Assembly (NCBI GenBank): GCA_905178155.1
Contig: CAJINV010000011.1
Span: forward strand, 643,982-707,981
Length of the DNA: 64,000 nt
Reading direction: 5' to 3'
Source: Amoebophrya sp. A120
Taxonomy: Eukaryota > Protista > Dinoflagellata
Numbering within the stretch: the stretch's first letter is position 1; every line of letters begins with the position of its first letter. Made by a program: the position numbers and the translations under genes. Under the pieces are notes generated by a model. It saw only the letters and a list, made by a program, of their open reading frames with translations. It searched no databases and had not been told where the DNA came from. Of this stretch, positions 1 to 10,243 are shown piece by piece.

Positions 1-482
1 ATAAGAATATCAAATCCAACTCCAACACCTTCACTACCTCCCTCGGCACCTTTCCGCGCCGGAGGATGCTGAAACACATCCCGGAGGTCGAAGTTGTCAC
101 GGAATACCTGCAAGAGTACGCGAAGCGGATCCCGGAGAACAGTATCGACTACATTTTACTGGGCAACGCGCTCTGCATGGTAGACGACGTGGAGAAAATT
201 TTGCAAGATTTGAAACGGTTGCTCAAACCGGAGACGGGCCGGATTTTCTTCTCCGAGCACGTGGCGGCGCTCCCGCGGAACTCCTGGCGCCGGAAGCGCC
301 AGGACTGGCTCAACCCGTGGTGGGCGCGGGTCAGCGACGGCTGCAACTGCAACCGGGACTCGCTGTCCAGCATGGCAAGCGTGTTCGGGAAGGATTTCGA
401 CCTCGTCAGTTTTGAGATTGACAGCTGCGGTACGTGTCCCTGGAACGCTTTGTTTCAGGTAGGATTGGGGCGGAAGAAGTAG
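1..482 (+). CDS. SAM-dependent methyltransferase, METTL7/TMT1-like (3' part; 5' end outside window)
   Basis: Frame is open from base 3 to TAG at 482. Motifs LCMVDD..L..LKRLLKP..G.IFFSEHV and RKRQDWLNPWW..VSDGCNCNRD resemble the METTL7-type C-terminal half. Confidence 0.75.
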   Translation, partial: KNIKSNSNTFTTSLGTFPRRRMLKHIPEVEVVTEYLQEYAKRIPENSIDYILLGNALCMVDDVEKILQDLKRLLKPETGRIFFSEHVAALPRNSWRRKRQDWLNPWWARVSDGCNCNRDSLSSMASVFGKDFDLVSFEIDSCGTCPWNALFQVGLGRKK

Positions 483-1368
483 AAAGGTCGTGTGTAGGAA
501 AAACTTGTTTATCCACATGGAGTAAGTAGTAGATGACAGTTTGTTGTATAGTGCTGTAAAAATCTTAGTCTACTCCGTGAAGGTCGTACCTACTACTAGG
601 TCGTGCAGTTGTAGTTCCGCTCATGACGGAGATGTTGATATTAAGACTTTTTTGGATTGCAGATTGTAGGCCGTGTGGCCTCCGACGGGTCGTGCACGCG
701 CTTACCTAAATGCCATCTTCATATTAGCACGCAGATGATCACGTCGCACACGAGTTTCAGCAAAGCACTAGTCGGTTAGACTGCTTGTTGGAGCGTGTGC
801 AAGATCGAGTTTGTCCAAGAAGAGTACCGCTAAATGACTCTTCCATGATGTTTTCTTCGATTTACACTATGAAAAGCCTACCCAGCACCTCCTCAATTGT
901 ATAATTTTTTTTGGAATATACGTAATGGCGCAAAAAAGTCCAGTGGTCCAAGACGGGAGGTTAATATTCCAATCTACCTAGTAGCGCACGACCTTATTTT
1001 CGTGAAGACGGTGGCCCCACACTATTACATTTGTTGGGAGATCATGAAACTGTTTCGAACTTTTAACTGTATTTGTTTTGGTTCAGGCGGTACAAAGCAA
1101 AAATGAATCCGTCTCGCAATACTGAGCAGCTGCAGAAGTAAAGCGGCAGTTTGTCCTCGTAGCCACCTCGAGCACGTGTTCCGGTCTCCTGTTGAAATCG
1201 TTTTTCCTCCAATTTTGTTTGAAAAGCCGCATCTTCCCTGCGCCAGAAGAATGTCGAGCGCTGAACTAGAATTGCGTATTTTCAATAGCACGTCGCAGCG
1301 GTTTGTAAATACTGTCTTACGATCCACCACTACATCAAAAAGAAAAAATCAAGAGGAATAAAAGGAGA

Positions 1369-1965
1369 ATGGCCTCGTCGTTCGCTTTCGGCGCCGCTTT
1401 CGCGTCCGTTTACTCTCTCGCACGGTACTCCAAGCACGTTGACCCTCCGGTAGACGATTGGAAGCATCACCACACCGGGCATGATCCAACCTCCGCGTCG
1501 GGATCATCTATTTCAAGCAGCTCTTCATCTAGAGCACCGTTGGCCCAGCCTCCTCCCGGGGCGGCGGTGAAGCATCCAGCACAATTCATGCCGTCCCAAG
1601 TACTCCGGCAACATCAACATCAACATCCCCGCGCCACCAAGTCGACCGCGGTGCGGTGGGCGCAGCTTCACCGCTTTTCCAAGCGTGTGTTTCTCTGCGG
1701 TGTTACGACGGGATTATTGCATTTTCTGTTCACGAAACGCTACCACTACTTCTCGTCCCTCGCGTTAGACCGCTTGAAGGACGACAAAGCCCTGATGAAC
1801 TTCGCCGATTTCGCCCCGCCCGTACCGGGGATGAAGCCGATTCCGGTGGAGGAGATGGGGGACGGGGAAACGCTGGAGGAAATTCAGGCGGAGGAGCAGC
1901 GCTTGTTAAAAGAGCTGGAACGGAACGACCGGGACAGGAAACGATTTGCGGTCTGGACGTCGTGA
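1369..1965 (+). CDS. hypothetical protein (198 aa), two short hydrophobic stretches, acidic/charged C-terminus
   Basis: Uninterrupted GC-rich ATG ORF flanked by AT-richer DNA; no recognisable domain. Confidence 0.65.
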   Translation: MASSFAFGAAFASVYSLARYSKHVDPPVDDWKHHHTGHDPTSASGSSISSSSSSRAPLAQPPPGAAVKHPAQFMPSQVLRQHQHQHPRATKSTAVRWAQLHRFSKRVFLCGVTTGLLHFLFTKRYHYFSSLALDRLKDDKALMNFADFAPPVPGMKPIPVEEMGDGETLEEIQAEEQRLLKELERNDRDRKRFAVWTS

Positions 1966-2352
1966 AATTATTTGTTCCTCAGACGGCTGCTGGTGGGCAA
2001 CGTTTTCGTTTGCTCTTGTTTTCTTCATTCAGAGCAGGGACATTCAAAAATAAAACCGTTCTACTTCAAAAGATTCCGCATGTTTCTGGCTGGTACGTGT
2101 GGTATTTGGTCATGAACACGACAAGGATTCGTCAGAAGTTTCTCTCTACCTCCTGTTGTTGGCGTGTGTACAAAACTGCACGATTTTTGTTGGTGCGTGC
2201 TTGGTAGGTCGTGACACTGCTGTTCTATTGATGCTGCAAAAAATAAAAAAGCTGTCGCAAAAATAAACTTGGAGACTGTTTTTATCGGAATACTTATCCA
2301 GAGAGTAAGTAGCTGAGGCGAGCGAATGAATTATGCGCTTTGATAAAGAACG

Positions 2353-2844
2353 ATGACGATCAGTCGAGAAGTAGATCATCTCGGATATCAAGAATATAGA
2401 AGCGTAAAAACTACCCTTACCGTACAAAGCAGAACCACCATGCGAACTTTTATGTATGCCGCGCTGTCTGTCGGCGCGGTGTACCCCTTTGCACGGATGC
2501 TACAGTCTTTTGAGCCCAGCATGAGCACGCCGCAGAAGCTGCAGCGGTACCGACTTTTCGCCGGGGGCTTGCTCCTCTGCGGGGTCAGCGCCGTCGGCCT
2601 GAAAATGCTAAAGGACTGGAACGCAGAGCGGATGAAGGTGCGGCAGCCCCCCGCGCAGGAGAAGGGCCGAAGGCTCACCTTAGAGGAAGTGGAGCGGCAG
2701 AGCCGGGCGCAACTGGAAGCTTCGCCGGTAAGTCCGCAGGTTCAGCTCCAGGATTTGGGGGGCGAAGAGTGGGCCGCGGTCAGACAGGAAGCGCAAAGAC
2801 TGTTAGAAGAAAGAAATACTATTAACCGGGCAGTGTCAACATAG
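2353..2844 (+). CDS. small hypothetical membrane protein (likely start at ATG 2440)
   Basis: ORF with two hydrophobic segments (FMYAALSVGAVYPF; LFAGGLLLCGVSAVGL) followed by a charged tail. Confidence 0.6.
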   Translation: MTISREVDHLGYQEYRSVKTTLTVQSRTTMRTFMYAALSVGAVYPFARMLQSFEPSMSTPQKLQRYRLFAGGLLLCGVSAVGLKMLKDWNAERMKVRQPPAQEKGRRLTLEEVERQSRAQLEASPVSPQVQLQDLGGEEWAAVRQEAQRLLEERNTINRAVST

Positions 2845-3253
2845 TGCAAATTAATTTGGATGTCTGTCTCATTATAAGTATCAGGTTGTAGCACATACCC
2901 AAACATCATCTACCTTGGCCGCGCATGGGGAACCTGTGGCGGTCTCGCTCTTCCTTGTTGCTAGTCAAAAAGGTCGCCGTGTTCTTATGAGCGAGGAAAG
3001 AGTCGCTTTTTTTTCGATTTTGATGCAGATGACAAGTGTCTTCGACCTGCTTGTTGAGAACAAAACCAGATCAGCTACGTTCTTGCGATCTCTTTTTTTT
3101 CCGGCTGAAAAAAGCGCAAGGTCTTTCGGTTTTGAAACCGATCAGCGAAGTGGGACGTTGGAATTTGATGATCCTAGGATCCAACGAACAAATCGATCAT
3201 GGTTCTTCATTCCAGCACACTCAGCAAATCCTGAGCTCGACATTTAGATTACC

Positions 3254-6200
3254 ATGAAGCCGGGAGGACTCTTTACCCGCGTTGCCAGCGTTCAGTTTTC
3301 CTGCTCCAAATCTACTTCATCGGCGCAGCACATATCTTCGGCGCCATTTCTTATGGAAGAGATTGGCAACAGCGTGAGCAGTCGGGGCGCCCGGGGCGCC
3401 CGCCCCCCGCCGACCTGGCGAAAGACCCGCAAGACCGACCGCTGTGCACCAGCTGCGGGGACGAGTGGTTCTCGTGCTGGATCAATAGTCCTCGAGCTGC
3501 CTAGGACCCCCGCAGTTCCGCATTTACTTCTCCGTGCCGGAAGCGCCGGACGTCGAGAGCGGGGTAACAGAAGCGGAAGGAGCACCTCCTTCGCACTCAT
3601 TTCGTCGACGCCGCTACAACCCGTAGGGCCCCATGCTGCACCGGGACCCCACTACGCTTTCCACACGAGTAGGACGACCCGCCGAACCTTTGCGTCCCGC
3701 AGCACAAAAAACCGGGTGAAAAATAAGATGAGTTTGCTGCGCAACCCGAACCTGTTCAGCAACGCACGGGAGGTGAAGATCGCCGTCGTGGGGCGGGCGA
3801 ATGTGGGTAAGTCAACGCTCTTCAACCGCTTGGTTTCCGGCTCGGCGAAGAGCGCCAAGGCCATCGTGCACAACCGCGCGGGCACCACCCGGGACCGGTT
3901 GGAGGGGACCGGCGTGTTCGGCTCTCTGATCGTGCACGCCGTGGACACGGGGGGCGTGGAAGATTTGCGCACCACCGTGAAGAGCAACATCCTCGCGCAG
4001 ATGCGGGCCCAGGCGCGGGCGGCCCTTCTGGAGGCGGAGGTGATCCTCTTCGTGGTGGATGCGAAAGCGGGGATCACGCCACTGGACGTGCAGGCAGCCC
4101 AGGACCTGATCCACAACGACGCGGAGCTGTTGCCGCTCGTGAAGAACTTGGACTCGCACTTGAAAAAGATGCAGCAAGGAACAGCTACAGGGAGGACCAC
4201 TACTGCTGCTCTGGGTGGCGAAGGCGATACAGCTGCTGCGGCAAGGGAGAATGCCTCCTGTGCAGCTCACGCTGCGTCTGCAGGCGACGAGGAGTGCATC
4301 TTCGGAAGCGGTATTGACGCCTCTACAACAGGAAGTAGGAGGAATAAACAGCGCAATGCTGCTACTGCAACTGCTGCTGCTGACAAAAATCTTCGAGGCA
4401 GAAGTGGTACTAAAAGCGCCGTCGACTCGAGACACGCCAGCGGTGAGAACCCGGCTTCCGGGAGCAGGCCACTGAAGAGTTTGATTCTGGTCGCCAACAA
4501 GGCAGACGGCGGCTATGTTGGGGACTGGGCTGCGGACTGCTACGACCTGAACCTGGGCGATCCGGTGGCGATTTCCGCCATGCACAACCAGGGGCTGGAC
4601 CACCTGTACGACCGAATCACGCTATATCCAGGAAAAAACACCCATCCCCATCCAATTTGTAATGCAAAACATGCATCAAGAGCAGCGTTTGTCATTTCAA
4701 AAATGGATGGGGATGGATATTTTTTCCTGGATACGCTAGAATTGGACTACCACCCCAAGGGGGATGATGAAGAGGACGAGGTACATGATTCAACTAGAAA
4801 ATATGTAAAATTCTATATGACTTTTGTGTAGTACAACAAGTACAATCGTGGTGTCCCTTGCTGTGCAGTGTGCTGCTGGTGCAGTCTGTCTGCATAGTAC
4901 CTTCGGAGCTTCTGCGAGTTTATTTCTGTCATCAACTTCATGTCCGTCAACACTTTCCGAAATAATATGTCAGGACGAGGACTTGCACGGGAGCTGCTCG
5001 CGCCGCGAAGTAGACGAGGACCGGGCACAACTTCTGAGTGGTTTTGAGGGCAGCAGCAGCAGCGCGTCGGGTTACCATCCGCAGGACGAGGTGCAGGAGA
5101 AGCGGAAATTCTACGAAGAGATCAGGGAGAACGAGGAAATTCTTATCCTGCGCAAAAGTATCGTACTCAGAGTAATTGCGGTCATGCATTAGAAACAAGG
5201 TCCGAGCACGGGGACAGAGTCCCCGTGCGGCGACCTTCCGGCATTTGTCTGGGACGAGTTCGGCGGCTGTGGTGGCACGGGGCAGGCAGGCCCCTGCAGC
5301 TCGGTGTCTCTGTGTGTCCTGCATCCATTCCCTGATCCGCGACAGACCTGCGGACGGAGCTCCTCTGACTGCTTGCCCACACTGGGTCCGTTAGCCTACC
5401 ACGAACAAAGAGAAAAGAAAAGAAGAAGCTGGCCCATAGCGCCGGCGATGTAGCTGGCCCCCAGGTCATGGCGCGGGGACCGAGTCCCCGCGCTGACCTA
5501 GGGCTTTTGCCCCTGGGCCGTGCGGCTAGTTCCCGGGAAGCGCCCACAGCTGGCCCCTAGGTCATCACGCGCGGACCGAGTCCCCACGCTCACCCAGGGC
5601 CTTTGCCCCCGGGCCATGCGGTTAGTTTCCGGGAAGCGCCCAAAGCAGCTGGCCCCTAGGTCATGACGCGGGGACCGAGTCCCCGCGCTGACCTAGGGCC
5701 TTTGCCCCTGGGCCGTGTGGTTAGTTTCCGCCCGGGAACGAAGCGCCCGAAGCTGGCCCCTAGGTCATGACGCGGGGACCGAGTCCCCGCGCTGACCTAG
5801 GGCTTTTGCCNNNNNNNNNNNNNNNNNNNNNNNNNNNNNNNNNNNNNNNNNNNNNNNNNNNNNNNNNNNNNNNNNNNNNNNNNNNNNNNNNNNNNNNNNN
5901 NNNNNNNNNNNNNNNNNNNNNNNNNNNNNNNNNNNNNNNNNNNNNNNNNNNNNNNNNNNNNNNNNNNNNNNNNNNNNNNNNNNNNNNNNNNNNNNNNNNN
6001 NNNNNNNNNNNNNNNNNNNNNNNNNNNNNNNNNNNNNNNNNNNNNNNNNNNNNNNNNNNNNNNNNNNNNNNNNNNNNNNNNNNNNNNNNNNNNNNNNNNN
6101 NNNNNNNNNNNNNNNNNNNNNNNNNNNNNNNNNNNNNNNNNNNNNNNNNNNNNNNNNNNNNNNNNNNNNNTGTCCGGGGTGTGTTCGGGGTGTGGCCTGC

Positions 6201-9200
6201 AAATTACAAATCACGATGCTACGGACCCACTTTGCATACCCCAGAACACACCCAAAAGCTTCAAAAGTTCTGGTTTGCTGCAGTTTAAATAGTAATGTCT
6301 TGACTAAGGCAAAACCGCATTACAAATTTCCTTTCTAATGCTGAGCAAATTTGTAACGCGATTTCTACTAGTACGATCACGATGCTTTTGCATTTCATAA
6401 TTCTGCGTCGCTGGCAACGCGAAGAGGAGGCCGAGGAACAACGAGGCGTGATTATCGACGAAGGTGGAGCCGATAAGTATTCGGATGTTGATTTTTTACC
6501 ACTCCCGGCGTTCGTCGAGGACGATCTTTTGCGCGAGGAGGGGGATGAAAATATAAACGACAAACACGTCCAGGATTTCCAACACGACGACGACTTCGAC
6601 CTAAGCCACCCAGCCGACGTATCAAATGCAGAAATGTCTGGGTCTGGAGCAAAGCAACTTGTCATGCTAAATCTGAATCATGTAAAAATCAGTGTTGCGT
6701 GATTACCAAAAGCTGTCCACTTTTGACCTAATCGAGAGGCAGTTTCTCATGCAGGACAGGCATGATAGAACTCTCACGGATGAATCTGTCATGCTATGTC
6801 CTACATACCAGACCTCATGGGCCATGGAAAGCCTGCGTAACAAGTCTGGCACTCTTTGCAGTTGATACGACGAGGACAACCGCGACCAGCGACCCCCGAT
6901 CATCGAGTTCAGAGAGGACGGGCACGAAGATTATCACACAGAAAAAAGCCTGCAGGGCATATTTGTAATGCAAAAATAAACACACAGAAAAAAAATGGGC
7001 GGCCTCATAGCATGCGACTTAGGATATGCAACGCAAATTTTTTTGTCAATTTATTTTTGCATTACAAATATGACCTGCCAGCTTTTTTCTGTGTGACAAA
7101 GATTTTGTATTGCCGAAGGAAGATGACTTAGAGGTACCAATCGAAGACGACGTAGAGCAGCAGTTCGAGCAGGAGGAAGAAGATAATATCGAGCCGGATC
7201 CGGACGAAGAGTCTTTCTTTGAAAGTCGACGTATTAAAACGACAAGGAGACCACAGGGTAAGAGCAATAAACTGGTAGGAGCCAAGAACATCGAAAGTAG
7301 CCCGCCGGACGAGGAAAACCGCGCTAACATCCTCACAAGCAGCAGCAGCAGCAGTAGCAGTCTTGGTGCTGCTAGTACCTCCAGCTCCACCTCACCAGGA
7401 GGAAAAAGCTCGTCTAGATCAACGAAGCCAGATGAAATTACCACTACGACCACTTCTTCCGTGGACGATCTGTCTGAGGAGGAGCTGTTGGAGCTTGATG
7501 CACAGTGGAAGTACCCCAACCTCACGCAGGAGCAGCGGAAATCCTTGCTGTACTTCGCCCGCCACCCGGGCTGCTCGTCCCTCTCGCTGGACCAGGATCC
7601 GGTGCTGAAGCACCTGGTATCCCAGTCCGTCTACGAGAAGGCCGCGCTGAGTGGCGGCGTGGACGCGCTGCGCAAACTCGTGCCCGGCGCGCGCGACGAG
7701 CAGCGCAAGTGGGACGCGGCGGCGCACCTGCGGGACCAGATCATGGGCCAGAAGCGGGAGGCGGACTTGGTCGAACGGGCGCTGAAAATCGCGGTCGTGG
7801 GAGTGCCCAACACCGGGAAGTCCAGTCTGATCAACGCGCTGCTGGGAAAACAGCGGGTGATCACCCACTTTGAAGCGGGGACCACGATCGATTCGGTCAC
7901 CTGCGAGTGGGTGTATCGGGGGCGAAAAATGAAATTGATCGACACCTGCGGTGTCTACCGGCGGGGCCGCGAGATCCAGGACCCGGAAACCGGGAAGTCC
8001 ATGATCGAACCCGGTATGGGAACGGTGAAAGCGATCCGGCGAGCGAACCTCGTGATTCTCTGCATCGATGCCACCATGTACAGCACCAATCCGCATTGCA
8101 CGCCGAGCTCCCGGTATCCGAGAAAAGAAAGACGATTGTACGGTGTAACGTTTTTTGGGGCAACAGCATGACAAATCTTCTGTCTAGCATGAGCGGATAG
8201 CACGTCGAACCTGTCATGCGCGGATAGCACTTCAAAACCACCACGCGCTTGAGTGGACGCTGTAATCCATGTCCAGCATGACAGACGCAATCATCTTGCG
8301 TCTTGCGCATCACAAAGTTACACTAACAATGTTTCTTTCCTGTATACCCGGGAAATCAAGATTGCGAAGTTGATCACGCGGACGCAGTATGCTTTGCAAA
8401 TATCGATCTCAGTCTGGATTTGTGATGCGAAAGTTGAAGGAGTGATGCATGGCTAGTAATGACGACTTTTTTTGTCATGCTGTGAAACTCAGTTTGTCAT
8501 GCAAAACACGCTAGAACAAACGAAACGACGCGCAATTATACCACCCGAAAAATTTGTGATGCGTGGATGCCGTACAGAGCAACGCTCTGTCATGCAAGAC
8601 TCAGCAACACAAAGCCGTTGCGTCTTTCCAGAGGACCGTAGACATATTTGCAGTGGATACGCAGGAGCGGCCGCTGATTGTCTGCGTGAACAAGTGGGAC
8701 CTGGTATCCTATGTAAAAACGTCCCCACCCCATAGTTGTCATGCAGATTTGCATCTACAGAAAATCTGTAATGCGCATTCCCATGAGAAAAATCAAATTT
8801 GAATTTCTAGTCGTGCTCTGAGATTTGTAATGCTGCAAACAGGATAAGAGGGCGTGTTTGTGATGCGGCTGTCCTTGCTAAACTGCACTACCCTACAGAC
8901 GGAAACGTGTCATGCATAACTCACAAAACTTGGAGACTTGTGTTGCACACTTACCAACTGGACTACGGGGTGGGGACGTTTTTACTCAGGATGCCTGGTA
9001 AAGGAGGGGCCGGAAAAGCGGAAATACCAGGAGGAGATCTTGCAACGGCTGAACACGGGGGTGCACGAGTGCCTGGGGGACGTGCCGACGGTGTTCTGCT
9101 CCGCGAAATTTCAGCAAAATCTCGCCGTCTTGATGGACAAAGCGCTCGTGTTGGAGAAGCGGTCCTCTGCGCGGATCGCCACCGCGAAATTAAATCAGTG

Positions 9201-9558
9201 GTTCCAGGCGTGGTCGCAGCACTGGCCCGCGCCGTGGAAGGACGGGCAGAAACAACAGGTAAAGTACGTCTCGCAGGTGCGGTCCCGGCCGCCCACCTTC
9301 GTGATGTGGACGAATACGTGGGGCACGTTGCCGCAGAACTACTTGCGGCACATGTGCAAGGCCCTGAAGGACGAGTTTAACATGCGCGGGACGATCCTGC
9401 GCGTGGTTTTGCGGACCACGCTGATGCCGAAGCTGAACAAGAAACTCACGCGGGAGGAGCTGACGAAGTGGAAACGGATGGGGCCGCGGCAGGCGGAGGC
9501 AGCAGTGAAACAGTTCAAAAAACGCTTTCCGGAGCGGATGCGGTCGGAAACCTCGTGA
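3254..9558 (+). CDS. der: Der/EngA ribosome-biogenesis double GTPase, 9 predicted exons, about 1167 aa, long N-terminal extension
   Basis: GD1: VGRANVGKSTLFNRL, GTTRD, DTGG, NKAD. GD2: VGVPNTGKSSLINALL, GTTID, DTCG, NKWD. C-terminal KH-like region: KYVSQVRSRPPTFV..NYLRH..LKDEF. Predicted exons 3254-4624, 4739-4780, 4974-5143, 6405-6619, 6873-6931, 7104-8114, 8352-8387, 8665-8704 and 8999-9558 total 3504 nt in one open frame. Confidence 0.9.
4625..4733. mobile_element. introner-like TIR element (non-canonical intron) in der
   Basis: 30-bp TIR tatccaggaaaaaacacccatccccatcca / tggatggggatggatattttttcctggata; direct repeat CGCTA on both sides; removal gives ITL-ELD. Confidence 0.85.
4781..4973 (+). 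other. canonical GT-AG intron in der
   Basis: gag|GTACAT...tgtcAG|gac joins EEDE to DEDLHG in frame and removes the stop at 4829-4831. Confidence 0.7.
5144..6399. mobile_element. introner-like element carrying a nested insertion of about 1.1 kb (spans assembly gap)
   Basis: Ends tatcctgcgcaaaagtatcgtac ... gatgcttttgcatttcata; DR ATTCT; removal gives EEI-LRRWQ. Its outer parts match the reverse complement of element 26084-26232. Confidence 0.8.
5452..5810. repeat. GC-rich tandem repeat, unit about 96-104 bp with internal hairpin; 4 copies visible, running into the N gap
   Basis: Units start agctggcccc at about 5452, 5548, 5647 and 5751. Each contains a close variant of cctaggtcatgacgcggggaccgagtccccgcgctgacctagg. 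Confidence 0.9.
6620..6867. mobile_element. introner-like element, family A (diverged)
   Basis: tatcaaatgcagaaatgtctgggtctgga ... ctttgcagttgata; DR CGACG; removal gives HPAD-EDNRD. Confidence 0.85.
6932..7098. mobile_element. introner-like element with about 49-bp TIR
   Basis: tatcacacagaaaaaagc..catatttgtaatgcaaaaataaa is mirrored at the right end; DR AAGAT; removal gives GHED-FVLPK. Confidence 0.9.
8115..8346. mobile_element. introner-like element
   Basis: tatccgagaaaagaaa ... tttctttcctgtata; DR CCCGG; removal gives PSSR-EIKIAKL. Confidence 0.85.
8388..8659. mobile_element. introner-like element (family A-related, diverged)
   Basis: tatgctttgcaaatat ... atatttgcagtggata; DR CGCAG; removal gives ITRTQ-ERPLIVCVNKWD. 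Confidence 0.85.
8705..8993. mobile_element. introner-like element, family B
   Basis: tatcctatgtaaaaacgtccccacccc ... ggggtggggacgtttttactcaggatg; DR CCTGG; removal gives NKWDL-VKEG. Confidence 0.9.
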
Positions 9559-10243
9559 GGAGAGTAAGTACTTATAGATCCGAGGCGAAAGTACTAGATC
9601 AGGCAAATATAATTGCGCAGCCTAGACAGATTTTTTTGTGACCACCTACAAACCGAGAGGACAAGACAGAGTGGCAAACAAGGAGAAGGAAAGCACCAAT
9701 GATCTGTGTGAAGGTCTTAAGGTACAGAAGAGCTTTTTCGCCGAAAGCAAATAAGCTGTGTAGAAGAAGAAACTCGGTTGACAGAATAAACAGAATCGAG
9801 AGCAGGCTTTAGATGTCAACATCGAAAGTCGGTGAAATCACGAAGACAGCAGCTTCACACAAGATATAAAATCGGTAGCTTCAACACGTGGTTTCGCTTG
9901 GCCGCGTTGTACAACTCGCGCATGAAGACTTCGATCGACCGTGCGAAATCGCAGTGAAGACCACAGTGGGTTTTTAGCCCATATACGGTTTCTTTAGGAT
10001 TCTTCGCTACACTTCTTGTTTCCACTCGAAAGCATTTATTTTTACACCAAGTGTAGAAAAAAAGGGCTTCATACAGTTTGTTGAATCACAGCACAAAAGA
10101 GTACTTCGTTCGCGCGAGTACAGCCAGATCAAGCTCGTACTAGCACAACTTAAAATACCGTCAGACACTATAATCTTCAGAAGCTTTATCACAACCGTCG
10201 TGTTGTTGGTGCCGAAGGAACCAGAACAGGTCCAAGAAGGATC

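Noticed and set aside
5452-5810. Palindromic tandem units as a CRISPR array
   Set aside because: The whole unit of about 100 bp is repeated with no unique spacers, there are no cas genes, and the context is a eukaryotic intron.
3254-9558. der as a transposon-disrupted pseudogene
   Set aside because: All GTPase motifs are intact and all eight interruptions resolve to one open frame, which is not expected for a decaying gene.
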